A stretch of 52,426 bases of DNA, filler included, from Bipalium vagum (GCA_037834085.1; 3 parts of 3 records of this genome joined end to end with filler, not necessarily neighbours in it), one strand, 5' to 3'. Numbered from the whole stretch's first letter, positions 1 through 13,194 are shown. Notes: generated by a model from the sequence alone, not told the origin. Translations and numbers: made by a program.

Positions 1-2215
1 AATATTTCTATCAATTGAAAAAAATACTTTGAAATACTTAAACAAAAAAACGAAAAAACTTATGGTTCACTCTAATAATATACTGAAAAAATAAAGAATT
101 TATCTTTTTAGAAACTTGGCCAACTTTATGCAAAATCAGCATTACAAGAGCAAAAAAATTTCATGATTCTCATTTTAATTTTTACTTTTTCTGGTACTCC
201 TGGATCACGTAGAAAACTAAACTCTAATGGACGGCCCTAATTTTACGTTTTAGTTCCTCAACATAAATAAATTTAAGTAGTATTTGATCAAGAGACTTGT
301 GCAGGATTGTGTTTGGGTTTTTTAATATAAATTGTTAATTGAGAATCTTCACCCGTGTTCCTCGTCTTTCCAGAGTCTAAAAGATGTATTTATGATCTAA
401 ACCACCTTTATTTTATTAACAAGAATGGGATTTCAGATCCTCATCCGGTCATAGTTTCGAATCATAGTAGTAATAATATAAATATATTAATATTCAAAAA
501 GATATTAACCAAATTTTATGTGTTGTCTTTATCTCATTTCCAGTTGTATTTTTTAACTTGGTCAACTTTATGCAACAGCGCTACACCAAGCCAGTCACTG
601 CTTCTTAAGCTGTCTAGTACTTTTCAATCAACATTACAAATAAAGAATTTTTCAAAAAAGCTTGTTAGCTTATGTGGGAGTCGGAGTCAAGGAGGAACAA
701 GAAATAATTTTCAAGTTCCTATGTCAGCAATCAATGGTCAATTTAGTCAAATAATCAATTTAATCAATACCAAAAATCATTAAGTTCGGTTCGCTAATCC
801 ATCTTGTTAATTTAGTTGGTTTCAGATTCTTATTCATTATCAATCAAATCAAGTACAATTGTTTAAAACATTTTATTACTTTTGTTATAAAATCTTTGGT
901 AATAAAAAAAATTTAAATTTTATTATTTTGAGTTAATTAAATAAATAAATTAATTAAATTAAATAAATAAAATTAATTAAATAAAAATTTAAATTAAATA
1001 ACAAATAATAATTATAAATAAATATACTTTTATAAAAAGGAGCATATTCACAAATTATAAATATTAAATATTAAATGACGGATTATATATAAAAATAAAA
1101 ATAGTAATAAAAATAAAATCATGAAACATCTATGTAATATATATACATAGGAAGTTGACGACAGTGAGATTAAGTTATTAACATATTATGCCTCTAAAAG
1201 TAACAATAAGATGATGCCAGTTCGAAAAAAATTAAATATTAAACAAATTAAAGACATTTTTACATGCACTGATATTATCATACAAATATTATCATTAAAG
1301 GATATTAGACAAAATGTCATTGTTTCTTTTTTGACAACTTTGGAAATGATGGCGTTGGTTGAATTGACGTTGATTGAGGGAGTCTCCACACGTAAATTTT
1401 TATAAGCAGATAAAATTCAGATAAAGCAACATCACATTCGAAAACTTATCACTTAACAGACCGTTATTAGCAAACAATTGATTCAAATGAAGACTATTTC
1501 GTTTAATAAATGTTTGTTTTTTGGGATTATTTTCTTTCTTTAAAATTAATATCAGAATTAGAATATTTTTTACAATTTATATATAAAATCATTTTTTATT
1601 GTCATGTGTAAGTAGTATTAAAATTATAAATGAACAAAATAAAAACTAAAACGACGATAATATTAAAAATCAAAAATGGCAAAAAGTAATTTATAATAAA
1701 AATTTTTAAAAAAATCAGGAAAAATCATAGAATTTATAAATTTTACACAGTTTGGAGCAAAATCACCAATAGATAAAAAATTCATTGATGTTTCTAGAAA
1801 ATTTTTCTTTACTATTGTAATGTAACAGGCAGAAGAGATATAAATATCTTTTTTTGAGATAAATGTCTCCCTTTTGGAGATGCAAAAACTTTTATCACGA
1901 AAATACTACAAAAGAAAACCCTACGTTTGATAAACACAAAATTTATTTAAAATAATGCGCTACTTATAGCCCTTATAGTTAATGAAACCTCGATTATTCA
2001 ATTCAAAAGGTGTTAACATTAATTATTTTATTCATATTTATAATATTAATATTATTTTTTCAGTTTGGATTGCACCCAACTATCCTAAAACTATTGTGTA
2101 TATTATTATATATTCATAACCGAATTTATGTATAAATTCTTTTTTTATATAAATACCAATAAAAATTTTTCGTAGATATAATTATTTATAATAAATAAAA
2201 TTAATAAATATTAAC

Positions 2216-3195
2216 CGTAACGTGGACTTGATCTGAATCCAAAGATCTAATGGCTGGATAAGCAAAGAGGAACAATAAACGTGTTATTACTTAAAATTTT
2301 AAGGTTTAATAACAATATAGTGCAACTTTAAATCAAACTCATATTTAACAGATGGTGCCACGAAAATCAGTTCGAACAACATCATTTTTTCATTAATAAT
2401 AAATATCAAGCACAATACAGTTACTGTAATCTAAATCGATCAAATATCAAATAATATTAATGTCTGAAAATAAAAGAAAAAGTAGTTAATGATCAATTCG
2501 ATAATAAACTTTAATGTCAGTTGATCACTACTAAGAAAACAGTCAAATCGAATATATATTTGAGAAGATGAATAATAAGACAATTGATTATTTATTGGTT
2601 ATATTATAAATTGTTACTCAAGTTCACAAAGAAAAATGTAGGGATGCTCAAATTCACCAAAAAGATTTTTTTTGAATTAAAGAAAATAAAAATATATTCT
2701 TACCAACTAAAGACTGAGCCAACCCTTGGGCCATCGATTAAGACACCTTACGGTCTTCTACTGACCGAGCTCGACAGGGTTGATTATATCTTTGAATAGC
2801 ATAAACATTTACTTATGTTCTTTGATAATTCTGTACAATAAGTCACTGCTGGGTTAAATATTTTGTCAATAAACTAATTCTTCAAATTTAAATCAAATAT
2901 ACGTCTTGTCAATAATGTCCTACGCTTCTCTTTTTATAGGGAAAATACTCTAGCCAATCAAATGACCAATTCTGTCATTAACTGGCACCACATATAAAAT
3001 AATTCCTTAACTTTTAAATATTTTTTATGCTTATTGAAATTCCGATTGGTAACCTAATACTACATATAACAGCCACTAATGAAATTCACGACAGCATTAC
3101 TAATAAACATCATTTTATCTTTATTATAATTTTTATTATTAGTCTTGATATTCTATTATTATTGCTCAAATGAATCTCTTGAGATCTCTTCCACA
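2216..3195 (-). mobile_element. Possible solo-LTR-like element (distant relative of the family below)
   Basis: CGTAAC at 2216 as in the other copies, a multi-stem hairpin at about 2721-2781 in the equivalent position, and CCACA at 3191-3195 as a candidate TG start on the minus strand. No TSD seen; ends uncertain. Confidence 0.3.
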
Positions 3196-4664
3196 ATGAA
3201 ATACACTAGAAAGAGTCTTTGAGCGAGATCAACAAATTTTTTTTCTGAAGATGTATATTTTCTTTAAAATCGTCGGGTCCATTATAGTTTCTTTCGATCA
3301 CTCACGACCTACGATTTATTATCAACCCCATCTTTACAAATTCAAAAACTAATGATAGTTATGGTATTTTTTCACGGTAATGTACTAGATTCAGCTCAAA
3401 ACAGAGGTTATTTTGTTAAAGTTCTGTTGCTATACCGTTCCAGATTATGTAATGTAATTACAAATCAAGTTATTTAATATTAATATGAACCTTATCAAAT
3501 AACAAAATCCCTTGTTTAAACAGGCAAAAAATAAGATAAAATAAAACTAATTAAAATAGCAAATTAAATATCCATCCATCGTTTCGTTAAGTGGCTTGAC
3601 TAATCAAAGGAATAAAAATTTATAGTTTCACAACCGGGAAAAATCGTCTAATCTCTTATGATGAATTTTAATATATCACAAGTATTTGTTTAAAAATTTG
3701 GTCTCTGAGGCGCTCTGGGCGTTTCTTATATAGGGGATTGGACAGCTCCTGATTTGTTAATATCTCTCAGCCACTGCTGCCGATGGAAACTATCATTCTT
3801 AGTCAATGATTTCTCATGGAAAAGCCGACTCATCTGATGAATAAGACAGTATTGACTTTTTAGGACTATGATAATATCAGTTTGTCCCACATGAAATGGT
3901 AGTTTTAAAAAATAACTACACAAAATCAAAAAGAGTTATGAAACACATTTTATTCATCAAAATATTTTCTATTGTTCTCAATACACTACTGTAATTGAGA
4001 TAATAAATTATAAATTCCCTTTTCATAAAAATAGTATTTCTGGACTACTGCAAAATAAAAATAAATTATTATTTTCTTTTTTTCTGGGGCGAATTCTTCT
4101 CTCTTTAAGATGATTAGTCCCGGAATCATTCTCATTCTAAAGAAACTCACTCTTCATTTTTTTCACTTCTTTATAAGTCCTCTGGTCGGTGACTTCCTTC
4201 CATGCCATTGACAACTTTTACGAAGCCTCGAGATCAATATCTTCTCATAGAACTTTACGAAAGCTGTTCTAAAAATTTTCAATACAACCTAAATTCGTAG
4301 TTAAAGTTTTATTTCACGAAGAAATAAGAGGTTTTATTCAACTTAGTTCGGACATATTAGTCTGAGATGAATAAATAATTACCATTTCTCTCTTCGTCCT
4401 CTTCCTATCAGTTTTCTTTTCCAAGAATGAATTATTAAGAGATTCAATTATTCAATTCAGGTCGAACTTTTTCATGGAGCTGAATAACTGATTGTTTTAG
4501 GTTACCTCAAGGAAATTTTTTATTTTCTCTTATTTTTTTATTTTTAGTAACATGTTACCTTACTATAAATTTCTTTAAATTTCAAAATATTTTACTTAAT
4601 ATAATAATATAAATAAATGATAAAACTGTTAATAATAATTTATATATATATATATATTATTCCG

Positions 4665-4776
4665 CATGACATTTCATATTATTTTTATATATTATTTTAT
4701 TATCCATACAAATAATACAACGATACAAATTTTATTTAACATGATATTTCATTATTTTTATATATTATTTTATTAT
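4665..4776. repeat. Direct repeat, about 38 bp x2
   Basis: catga(c/t)atttca..ttattttta(ta)tattattttattat at about 4665-4703 and 4740-4776. Confidence 0.6.
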
Positions 4777-4954
4777 TGCTTAATTATCATTTAATTATTT
4801 TTCAATCAATAATTAATCAAGGACGACTTACAATTTTTTAATACGTATATTTTTATAACTAAAACTTTATAACCATATCTACACGGAAAATATCAAATTA
4901 AAACACATTATCATTCCAAAGGAATCACAAAATACATAATTAAAGTTTTGATTC

Positions 4955-5018
4955 ATTGTTCGAAAGGAGTAAGGATAACACAATGTATTGTTCAAAAGGA
5001 ATAAGGATTACACAATGT
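4955..5018. repeat. Tandem repeat, 32 bp x2
   Basis: attgttcgaaaggagtaaggataacacaatgt followed by attgttcaaaaggaataaggattacacaatgt (3 mismatches). Confidence 0.85.
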
Positions 5019-5827
5019 CAAGGATCACAACTAAAATTTTACTGTTTTTATCAGTTTTTGGCTGTCGCGTCTTGAATTGGTTGTTCTTGGTGGCCATCTT
5101 AGATTGTTTGAATTGTCTGGTTAATAATGATGTTAAATGTTTTGTTTATTCTGTTCTAGGACATTTATATTCCGTAAAAAATCATTCTGATTGTGTTTGT
5201 AATTATGAAAAATATATGAATGAATTAAATGTAAATAACATCAATTTTCTTTTAAAAGATAATAGGCAAATTGTCATTTTTTTAAATTGATAATAAAAAT
5301 ATATATTATCAATAAATTCTGAACATTTTAATTCAAAAACACAAAGAAATCATTTTTATGTAAAAAGAGGAAAATTTTGCAAATATCCATTTGTTATCAA
5401 AAAGTTGCACTTTTTAAAATGAAAATTATTCTAAGATATATTTTTTTTTATAATTTTTAAAATATTTTATCAAACATATTTACATAAATATTTTTTTAAT
5501 CTTGTGAACATCATCAATTTATTTTTTTAAAAAACGCATTTCAATACTTTTGAATAAATTATTTTAAAAATTTATTATCATATATATTAATATATTGTGA
5601 AAATGGACTGTCTTTTTAAAAAGATATTCAAATACATAAGTTTGTATCTTGTGGAAATCTGAAAATATATAAGTTATTAAAATTATTTCAGATAATAAAA
5701 CATTTAAAATATTTGCTTTAAAACCAACTTATGATAGGTCTAAAATTTTTCAAGAAAATGTAATTGTAGTTCATATGCAAAAGCTAAAATTAAATTTGAT
5801 TAATTTATTATGTTTGATTTTATATAA

Positions 5828-6440
5828 TTTTTGGTTTTACAAAGGTGCGAACCGGATAAACCGCAAGGAATACTAAGATAATAAAAATATTAATTAATAA
5901 TAATAGCAATAATAATACAACAATAAAATTCCGATAGCAATAAACACAATATTACAAAAAAATTTAATCTCTCGCTGTTGAGATTACGCCAGGCCACAAA
6001 TAAGGTCGGAGTGATAATTTTAGCATTATTAATTTATCTTCTGGAATATACTTTCTGAAAATAGAGATTGACGACTGTTGACCAATTTGTAAATTCGATT
6101 CCTTTAAGGATGGTAACAGAAAACATTTTTAGAATTCACAAAGAATTGTTTTTTACGTAACATGAAAGTTTTACAGAGTCCTAAGAAAAATATATAGGGA
6201 AACGTGAAATCAAATATCTATTTACCTTTATGTCGATGATACATCAGGATTATTCAATGGACCCCGTTGAGCTTAGGAATTCTAACGCTATTGGACAGGA
6301 TTAATGGACAACCCTAGAACCCATTGTTCTTTCAGGGTGAACTTTTTCTTAATAATATTTTGTATTAAAAATCAATTATTTTTTACGTTTTAAAAGTGAT
6401 ATTTTTGGTTGTATATATCTTTTATTTTTCTTTGATAATA
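5828..6440 (+). mobile_element. Truncated LTR-like element (copy D)
   Basis: Start ttggttttacaaagg resembles tgttgggtttacaaagg (34915) and tgttgggttagccaagg (50903). An AAT-rich tract follows, and ctagaacccatt matches ctaggacccatc of copy C. Abuts a mariner end at 6445. Confidence 0.45.
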
Positions 6441-6444
6441 AATA

Positions 6445-7250
6445 CTAGTGTGGACAAAAAGTAAGGTGAATTCAATTTTTAAAGGTATTTTTGGAGTTCA
6501 CAATTTCTTATGATTTTTTTTGGTTTTATGCTGGTACGAATGTTCTTCAGAATTGACAGAAACGCTTACGAGATTTTCTTTGTTACGTTTTAAAGTATAT
6601 AGTGTTTTAAAATTATTTTAAAAAACCATTATTGCGAAATTTATTGTGGATATATTAATTAAACAGCGAATATATTTAAAATTTTGTTTAAATAATGAAA
6701 TGTCTTGCGAGGTTATTTTGAAAAGGTTGAAAAAGTTTTTCGGTAAAGAAACAATGTCCCCAAAAAACTGTTTAAAATTGGTACAAGTTATTTAAAGATG
6801 GCAGGAAATCAGTTGAAGATGAACACCGTTCAGGGAGACCATCAACATTAACTAATTCAAAAAATATGAAAGAACTTGTGCTGTCTAATTGCCGAATAAA
6901 TCAGAAAGATCTGGTACAGATTACTGGAATATCAAAAGAAAGTATTCAATTCATTTTGAAAACTGATGTCTTCTCACCTTCACCCTAAAACATTGAAATT
7001 TCGTGAAAAACAGCATTTCGTTGTTTTTAACATTTCCTTGGCTTAGATTGGCATTGCTTGGATATCATTTTCCTTCATATCAAATAATCAAAGAAAAATC
7101 GTTGGCCCCTTTGAAGGATGCGTATACCAGAAATGTTAAAAAGCTGGGAAAAAAGGTTTAAATAAATAAAGGATTTACTTTGAAGTGAACCAAATAGATT
7201 TTAATGAAATATATTGTTTAAATTAATAATTCATTTTATTTTTTGTTAAA
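6445..7250 (+). mobile_element. Internally deleted mariner relic (irritans/vertumnana-like)
   Basis: TA|ctagtgtggacaaaaagtaaggtgaa TIR-like end; QRIYLKFC...WYKLFKDGRKSVEDEHRSGRPST HTH region with frameshifts; C-terminal YFE..IDF remnant. Confidence 0.75.
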
Positions 7251-7689
7251 GTTACGCATTTATAAAAATTTAACATTAGAATATTCAAAATTAATAATGT
7301 ATAAATTTATATATGATGATTTAGTTTTAATTTTTAATGAAAATGAAATTGATTTTACAAATAAAAAAGTTAGTCCGCGACAAGATTACAAAAAATATGA
7401 GTAGAACACATGCATGATCGAGGAAACGAATACGATTATAAGAGAAGATAAATTTTTAATACTAAGTCAACCCGACTTACAAAACTTAGAGAAAAGAATT
7501 GACGGAGAACTGGCTGGATTAACTATTAATATGATGTTATCGATAATATACAATAGTGTTGTTAACAAAGATTTCGAATTAACGGAGGAAAGTAATAACA
7601 GAATATAGCGATACGTCAAGAGAAAAAAGTGTAAAAACTGAAATATTGGATCTTTAAGCGGTAACTATTGAACCATATATATTCATGAC

Positions 7690-8215
7690 TAAACAAAGCA
7701 TACATTGAATGACGAACTGACTCGATTGATCTTTTGGGGAATAGGTCTAATTTTGAGGTTGCAATTGAATGTTATCCAGCCGATAACCCACTTTTCATCC
7801 GATTCCATAATTCTTTTCCAAAATGGATCTCAATCATGTCTTATGAGGTTTGCATTACACATTGTAACCCGCATAGATCTGATAAAGAATATGGTACCTA
7901 TCTTCCGAATCTATATGATTTCCTCATTTCATGTAAGTGAATTTTTATCGCTTTGATATGACAATCGAAAATTGCGATCAATACTTTGGTAGTTTCGGGT
8001 TCTGATCTATCAATCGCCTTAGCTTGTCAATGTTGAAAATGGACGACCTGTTCTCAGGAGATCTTCAAGATTTCTGTTGCTTGAAATCTTGAAATTTCCT
8101 AACAGAGTCCTTCATGAGGATAGATTTGTGATGTCTCTTTAGCTTTGATACCTTGATCATACTTATACAACAAGTACTACCTGGCGTGAGTATTGTAATA
8201 CGTTTTGCTTATGGT
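7690..8215 (-). mobile_element. Degenerate mariner transposase fragment
   Basis: Minus-strand NLEDLLRTGRP and DPFWKRIMESDEKWV (equivalent to IVTGDEKW). Confidence 0.65.
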
Positions 8216-8364
8216 TTTAATAAGAAATTTCAAATTATTATATAAGTTATTATTATCTAGTTTGTTTTTATCAATTTATAAAACAAAAAACTTTAATTAA
8301 AAAAAATTTGATAAATATTTCACATACATATATTTCAATAAAACAATTAATATTAATATTTAAT

Positions 8365-9290
8365 TTGTCCCTCATTTTTCTCAAGACACCTTTCAATTCT
8401 TATTGGCATGCTTCGAATTAATGACTTGATAGTTTCGACAGAAATTCTGTCATAAAATTATTGTATAACTATATATAAATGTTCCACGTCCTTTGGTTTT
8501 CTTAATCGTATCTCATTTTTCATTAGTCCCCAAAGATTTTCAATAAGATTGAAGTCAGCGGAGTTAGCTGGCCATGAAGATAACGTCCATTTGTTTTCCC
8601 GCAACTATTGAGATGTAGATTTTCAGTATGGCATGTTGTACCTTCTTGTTGAAAGACCACTGATTTCGATTGAAGAGTTTGAAGTGAGTCTTTAGGCTCT
8701 GCTAATATTTCCTGACGTTTTTGGCTGTTGACTTCACCTCTTATAAAATCAATTTCGACTTTCCTGTAGAGGTAATGGCATCCCATGTCATTAATGGTGG
8801 TCCAAATTTCGGAGCACGTATCTCAGGTCTAATTTTGGCCTAGAATTTTCCTTTCATTTTATACACTTCAAATCTGGTCTCATCGCTAGAAATCCAGTTA
8901 TGTCATCTTCTTGTTCTGTTTTCCTCACACCATTTGATTCTATTTTCCTTTATCTGCGGTTAAATTCTTAGGAGCAAATTTTGAAAATTCTGATCGATGC
9001 AGGTAGTTTAAAATGGTGTTAGGATGTACTTATGGTGATCCCCGACTTGCAATATCTTCACAAAATCAAAATTTGTTCTTGTGTCACCTTTTATGACAAG
9101 TTTGCTGAGTCTCTGTCGATCTTTTTTTTAATTTTCTGATCCTTACACTTCGCTCTTTCTATCAAGACTGCATTTTAAAGACAGTCCTACCTTTCTTAAC
9201 AGTATTCCCGTTATTTTACACATTTTTGCAGGGCTCTCATAACTTTTTTGTATACAATTTAAACTTGGAAATGTATGGTCTTCCTTTTGG
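8365..9290 (-). mobile_element. Degenerate Tc1-like transposase
   Basis: VVFQQEGTTCHT (FQQDNAPCH), WPANSADFNLIENLW (WPxxSPDLNPIENLW) and C-terminal LIRSMP, with frameshifts. Confidence 0.75.
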
Positions 9291-9727
9291 ACAAATAATC
9301 TAAAGAAATTATCAAAATAATGCGGTTAAATTTAAAATGATAATGTAAAACAATAATTTCAAAATCTTATCTAGTACCTTAAATAACCGCCTGTTATTGA
9401 AAATATTTGAATTACTTTAAAAAAATTAATATTATTTTTAGTTATAACAGTACTGATAAAGACGATATTTGCGAAATATATTCATGCTATTTAATGTATG
9501 CAGAACATAGATGCACGTAGAAAATAAACTTCGGAGCAAAACCCTTTTTGACGAAATTTTTCATGTTTTGAAATCACACGAAAGCTATTAAAAAATTGAA
9601 AGAGTATCATGAAATACGACAGTTGAAAGGCGAGAACAATTGACACTAGTAGAATAGGTGTTCAACATATCGTAATCTTTAAAAAAAATTAGAAATTATA
9701 TAGAATACAGAATGAATCGTGACCTAA

Positions 9728-10020
9728 ATGAAAGGTAAAACTCATTCATTGGAGACCAGTAAGATATTTCCAACCCTAAGAAAAGATCGACAAAATTATC
9801 AACCATTAAACATTAATTTCATAGATGGAGAAAAGAGACTCAAAAGGATACTTATTGTTATGACGAGAGTTAATCGAAGAAAATTAAGAGCCTTTTTTGA
9901 CACCAGAGCAACAGTTTTTATGTGAGCCTCCATACTGTCCTGCGGAAGTGCCTTTGGATAAACCCAACAATAGGCAATTTTTGAAAGTTTATTAAAGATT
10001 TTACGAAAGAGGTGTTGTTA
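9728..10020 (+). mobile_element. LTR-retrotransposon aspartic protease relic
   Basis: VNRRKLRAFFDTRATVF resembles the retropepsin motif INGxxxxALLDTGAxxS. Cut by the mariner at 10024. Confidence 0.45.
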
Positions 10021-10023
10021 TTA

Positions 10024-11657
10024 TTAGGTTGGTGCAAAAATAATGCATCTTTTATAACTTCAAACTTAGCATATCCTAAGTCGGACCAAACAAACATTTA
10101 TTAATCAAAGTAACATCCTTGTGATTCCACATTTCTGCCAACGCAAAATAAGCTTGTTGATACCAGAAACATAGAAATCCGTTTGTGTGCACCTCACAAA
10201 TTCCAAGAAGGCGTTTTCAGCGTCGGCTTGGTTGTTGAAGCACTTACCTTGAAGAAAGTTTTGTAGATGTTTGAAAAAGTGGAAGTCTATTGGTGCTAAG
10301 TCTGGGGAATATGGAGGACGGGGCAGAATTTCGTAACCCAGTTCGTTAAATTTCTGCAAGGTTGATATTGCGATGTGTGATCTGGCATTATCCTGAAGAA
10401 TGATTAGTCCTTTTCTGTTTACCAAAGCTGGACTAAAAATTTGTAATTTTTGGTGCATATCGTTGATTTGCTGACAGTAACTGTTGGACTTAATCGTTTT
10501 TCCAGGATCCAGGAAATTGAAATGGATCAAACCATGTACGCACCATCAAACAGTTATAATTACCTTTTTCTGTTGCAATTTTTGTTTCGGAAAGGTTTTT
10601 AGAGGTTCACTTTTCACCAGTCATTGACCAGAGCGTTGCCTATTATCGTACAAGATTCATTTCTCATCACATGTTACAATTCTATTGAGAGATGGATCGT
10701 TCTTATTACGGAAAAGAAGGGAAGACGCAACTTCAAAGCGACGTAATTTTTTGTTTGCATTGAGCACGTGTGGCACCCATTTTTTCAGCCTCTTCACTTT
10801 TCCAATTTGTTCGAGGTGTCTCACAATTGTTGAATGGTAAACCTGAAGTTCTTTTGCAACTTCTCTTGTGGTTTTCTGTTTTGTTTCATTTGTCCCTTCC
10901 TCATTAGAACTGAACCTCTTGTCGGAAAAAAATCTTTTGAAATTAGGAAATAAAAAGAAGTCACTTGGTGGCAAATATGGAGAATATTGAGGTTGAGATA
11001 TTAATCCAAAACCTAATTCGTCTAATTTTGCTAGAGCAACAAGGAATGTGTGAGAAGATTCGTTGTCAAAATGAAACAGTAATTTTTTCTTCTTCAAATG
11101 TGATCGACTTCTCTTGAGTTCATCCTTCAAACGATCAGACAACCCTGATAGTTTTTCCTTTCTCAAGATAGTCTATGAGTAATATACCCTTAGTATTCCA
11201 GAAAAACGTAGCCATAATGTTACCAACCGTTTTTTGCGCTAGAATCCGTTTAAATCGACCGTTATCATTTTGTGTATTATCTACAGCTGATGGATGGCCA
11301 CGACCTTCTTTATCCTCCAGACTATAATTATTGTTTTCAAAATTTAAAAACCAACGCTGAACTGTTGTTTTTTTACGCTTCCTATGTCCCATACTGCATT
11401 AATATTTCGTGCTGTTTCCGCAGTGCTTCTGCCTAGCTTGAACTCAAAATAATATATATTACAAGAGTCCTTTTTCGACATCTAAAACAGTTTTCATTTC
11501 TAAATAAATTATGAAATATTTAAATTATTTTTTAATTAATGCTCTTAAACAAGTGAATATTACTAAGAATAACAATTAGATTTTAAACAGTGTATTGTTT
11601 AGCTAAAAATGCTTTAGTTAAACAATGCAAAAAGATTATTATTTTGCACCAACCTAA
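10024..11657 (-). mobile_element. Full-span cecropia-subfamily (Hsmar1-like) mariner, inactivated, with a foreign internal insert
   Basis: TIRs ttaggttggtgcaaaa / ttttgcaccaacctaa, each flanked by TA (10022-23, 11658-59). ATG near 11481; WVPH, IVTCDEK, QDNARSH and PPYSPDLAPIDFHFF motifs; three internal TGA stops. Confidence 0.93.
10885..11270 (-). mobile_element. Internal catalytic-domain fragment of an irritans (Himar1-like) mariner nested in the cecropia element
   Basis: GNIMATFFWNTKGILLIDYLEKGKTI...LKKKKLLFHFDNESSH...PQYSPYLPPSDFFLFPNFKRFFSDKRFSSNEE; no TIRs of its own. Confidence 0.85.
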
Positions 11658-11946
11658 TATTTCGATTACTAAGAAAACCAGATACAACAAACTTGACTAA
11701 ATACCACCTATCGAAAGAAGATAAAAATCTACGATCAAATTAAACTAAAATTATATATATTTTCCCATGAAAATGACGACATAATAAAAATTAATAATCA
11801 AAATGTATATGAATTATCAAAAAAGAGGAAAAATGAAAATAAAATAATATCACCAATCCATATTGAGTATTTTATAACTTGTTCAACTATAATAGAATAG
11901 AAATATATTTTTTATTAAATAATAGTCATTTTGTATTATTTAAAAA

Positions 11947-12910
11947 TGTTACGCAATTGAATACTATGACCGAAAACGTAACCTTAGCACGATACGTTAA
12001 CTGACCCTTCACTTGGCAATACGTGTAATCTATAGAATGAACCAAAACAAACTCCGAACAACACCTTTATTGAAATCACAAAATGATCAATTACAGATAT
12101 GCAACTTGGTAGAATGTCTTTCACACACAATAAAATACTAATAATAATATTCAAATTAATCAAATGATGTTCAAAGTTAATCACATCAAATAATGTCTGA
12201 CTAATAATTAAACTACTATTAAAACAATGTTTAAGGATGAAAGAAAAAGACAAAATTAACAATGAAACGGTCTCTCCCAAGGGCGGTCAGTTGAGCCCGA
12301 AACGGTCCGCTCAAAAACCCCCTAGCAAGACGAGACCCGTCGAAACTCCTGTCACTAAAAAAAAACATATACGAATCGAATACAGCAATTGATTCCTTGA
12401 ATAGTCCTCGACGTTCTTCTGACAATAATTGACGTCCCGAATGATACTTTGACGTTCTCCTGACAGCAGTTGACTTCTCAATTTGATTTCCCGAATTGAT
12501 TTCTCGAATGCTTCTGACAAAATTTGATTTCCCGAATGCTTCTGACAAAATGGTGTTGGGCGATCCACTGCGGATCCCATCTGCTTATATATTATTCTGG
12601 TCTGACGATTTATCAATCGTAGACCAGCTTTTATCGTTGGGGAAATGTCAACTCCCTCTTCCAAACGCCAATTACTAAATCGGTCCCTTATTGCGGACCC
12701 GGATCCAATTTTGGTAATTGCGCTTTGCAATCACCAAAATTAAATCCTGAAAAATAATTACCATTTTTATAAATGAACTTTTAAATTAACTATTAATTAT
12801 TAATTATTATTTTTTTTTAAATGTTATTATTATTTTACCTCTGACCCTTTTGCGGATCTTAATTTAAATTTTAAAAGGGTATAAGGGATATGCCCTTCGT
12901 TAACTTAACA
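11947..12910 (-). mobile_element. Solo-LTR-like element (copy A)
   Basis: Termini TGTTA...TAACA with AAAA on both flanks. Colinear homology with 50903-51774 at the 5' end (gttaacgaagggcatatcccttataccc vs gttagccaaggacatccctgtaaaccc), hairpin core, AATAAA region and 3' end (gcgtaaca). Confidence 0.75.
12496..12551. repeat. Tandem repeat, 28 bp x2, inside LTR-like copy A
   Basis: ttgatttc(t/c)cgaatgcttctgacaaaat twice, with partial related units from about 12409. Confidence 0.85.
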
Positions 12911-13194
12911 AAAATATGAATATATTTTCTAATGCATGTAGATCAGAAAATCTATTTAATGAACATAAAAGATTATATCAAAAACAGGAAGAGGTAAAAT
13001 CTAAATTTACAAAAGAAGATTATTGTAAATTTAAAAAATCATTATTTTAGAAATAAAATACCATTTCAATTTACAGTCATTTTGTATGTTATGATACTCA
13101 TAAATGAAAATATTTCAAATGATACAAAATTGATATCTGAACAACTTCTTTAGCAGTAAGAATTAATATAAAATTATTAAATTTATATTAAAAG

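Noticed and set aside
355-783. 142-aa ORF
   Set aside because: GTG start, no recognisable motif, composition typical of chance ORFs in AT-rich DNA.
4955-5018. Short direct repeats as a CRISPR-like array
   Set aside because: Only two adjacent units, no spacers, no cas genes, eukaryotic context.
10543-10659. Three conserved Trp positions of the mariner transposase are TGA (possible UGA=Trp recoding)
   Set aside because: Other Trp codons in the element and in host genes are TGG, and the stomatin ORF terminates at TGA. G-to-A decay in an AT-drifting genome explains it.
12231-12730. 105-aa and 139-aa ORFs
   Set aside because: Lie in an LTR-like element, are built partly from tandem repeats, and are not conserved in copy B.
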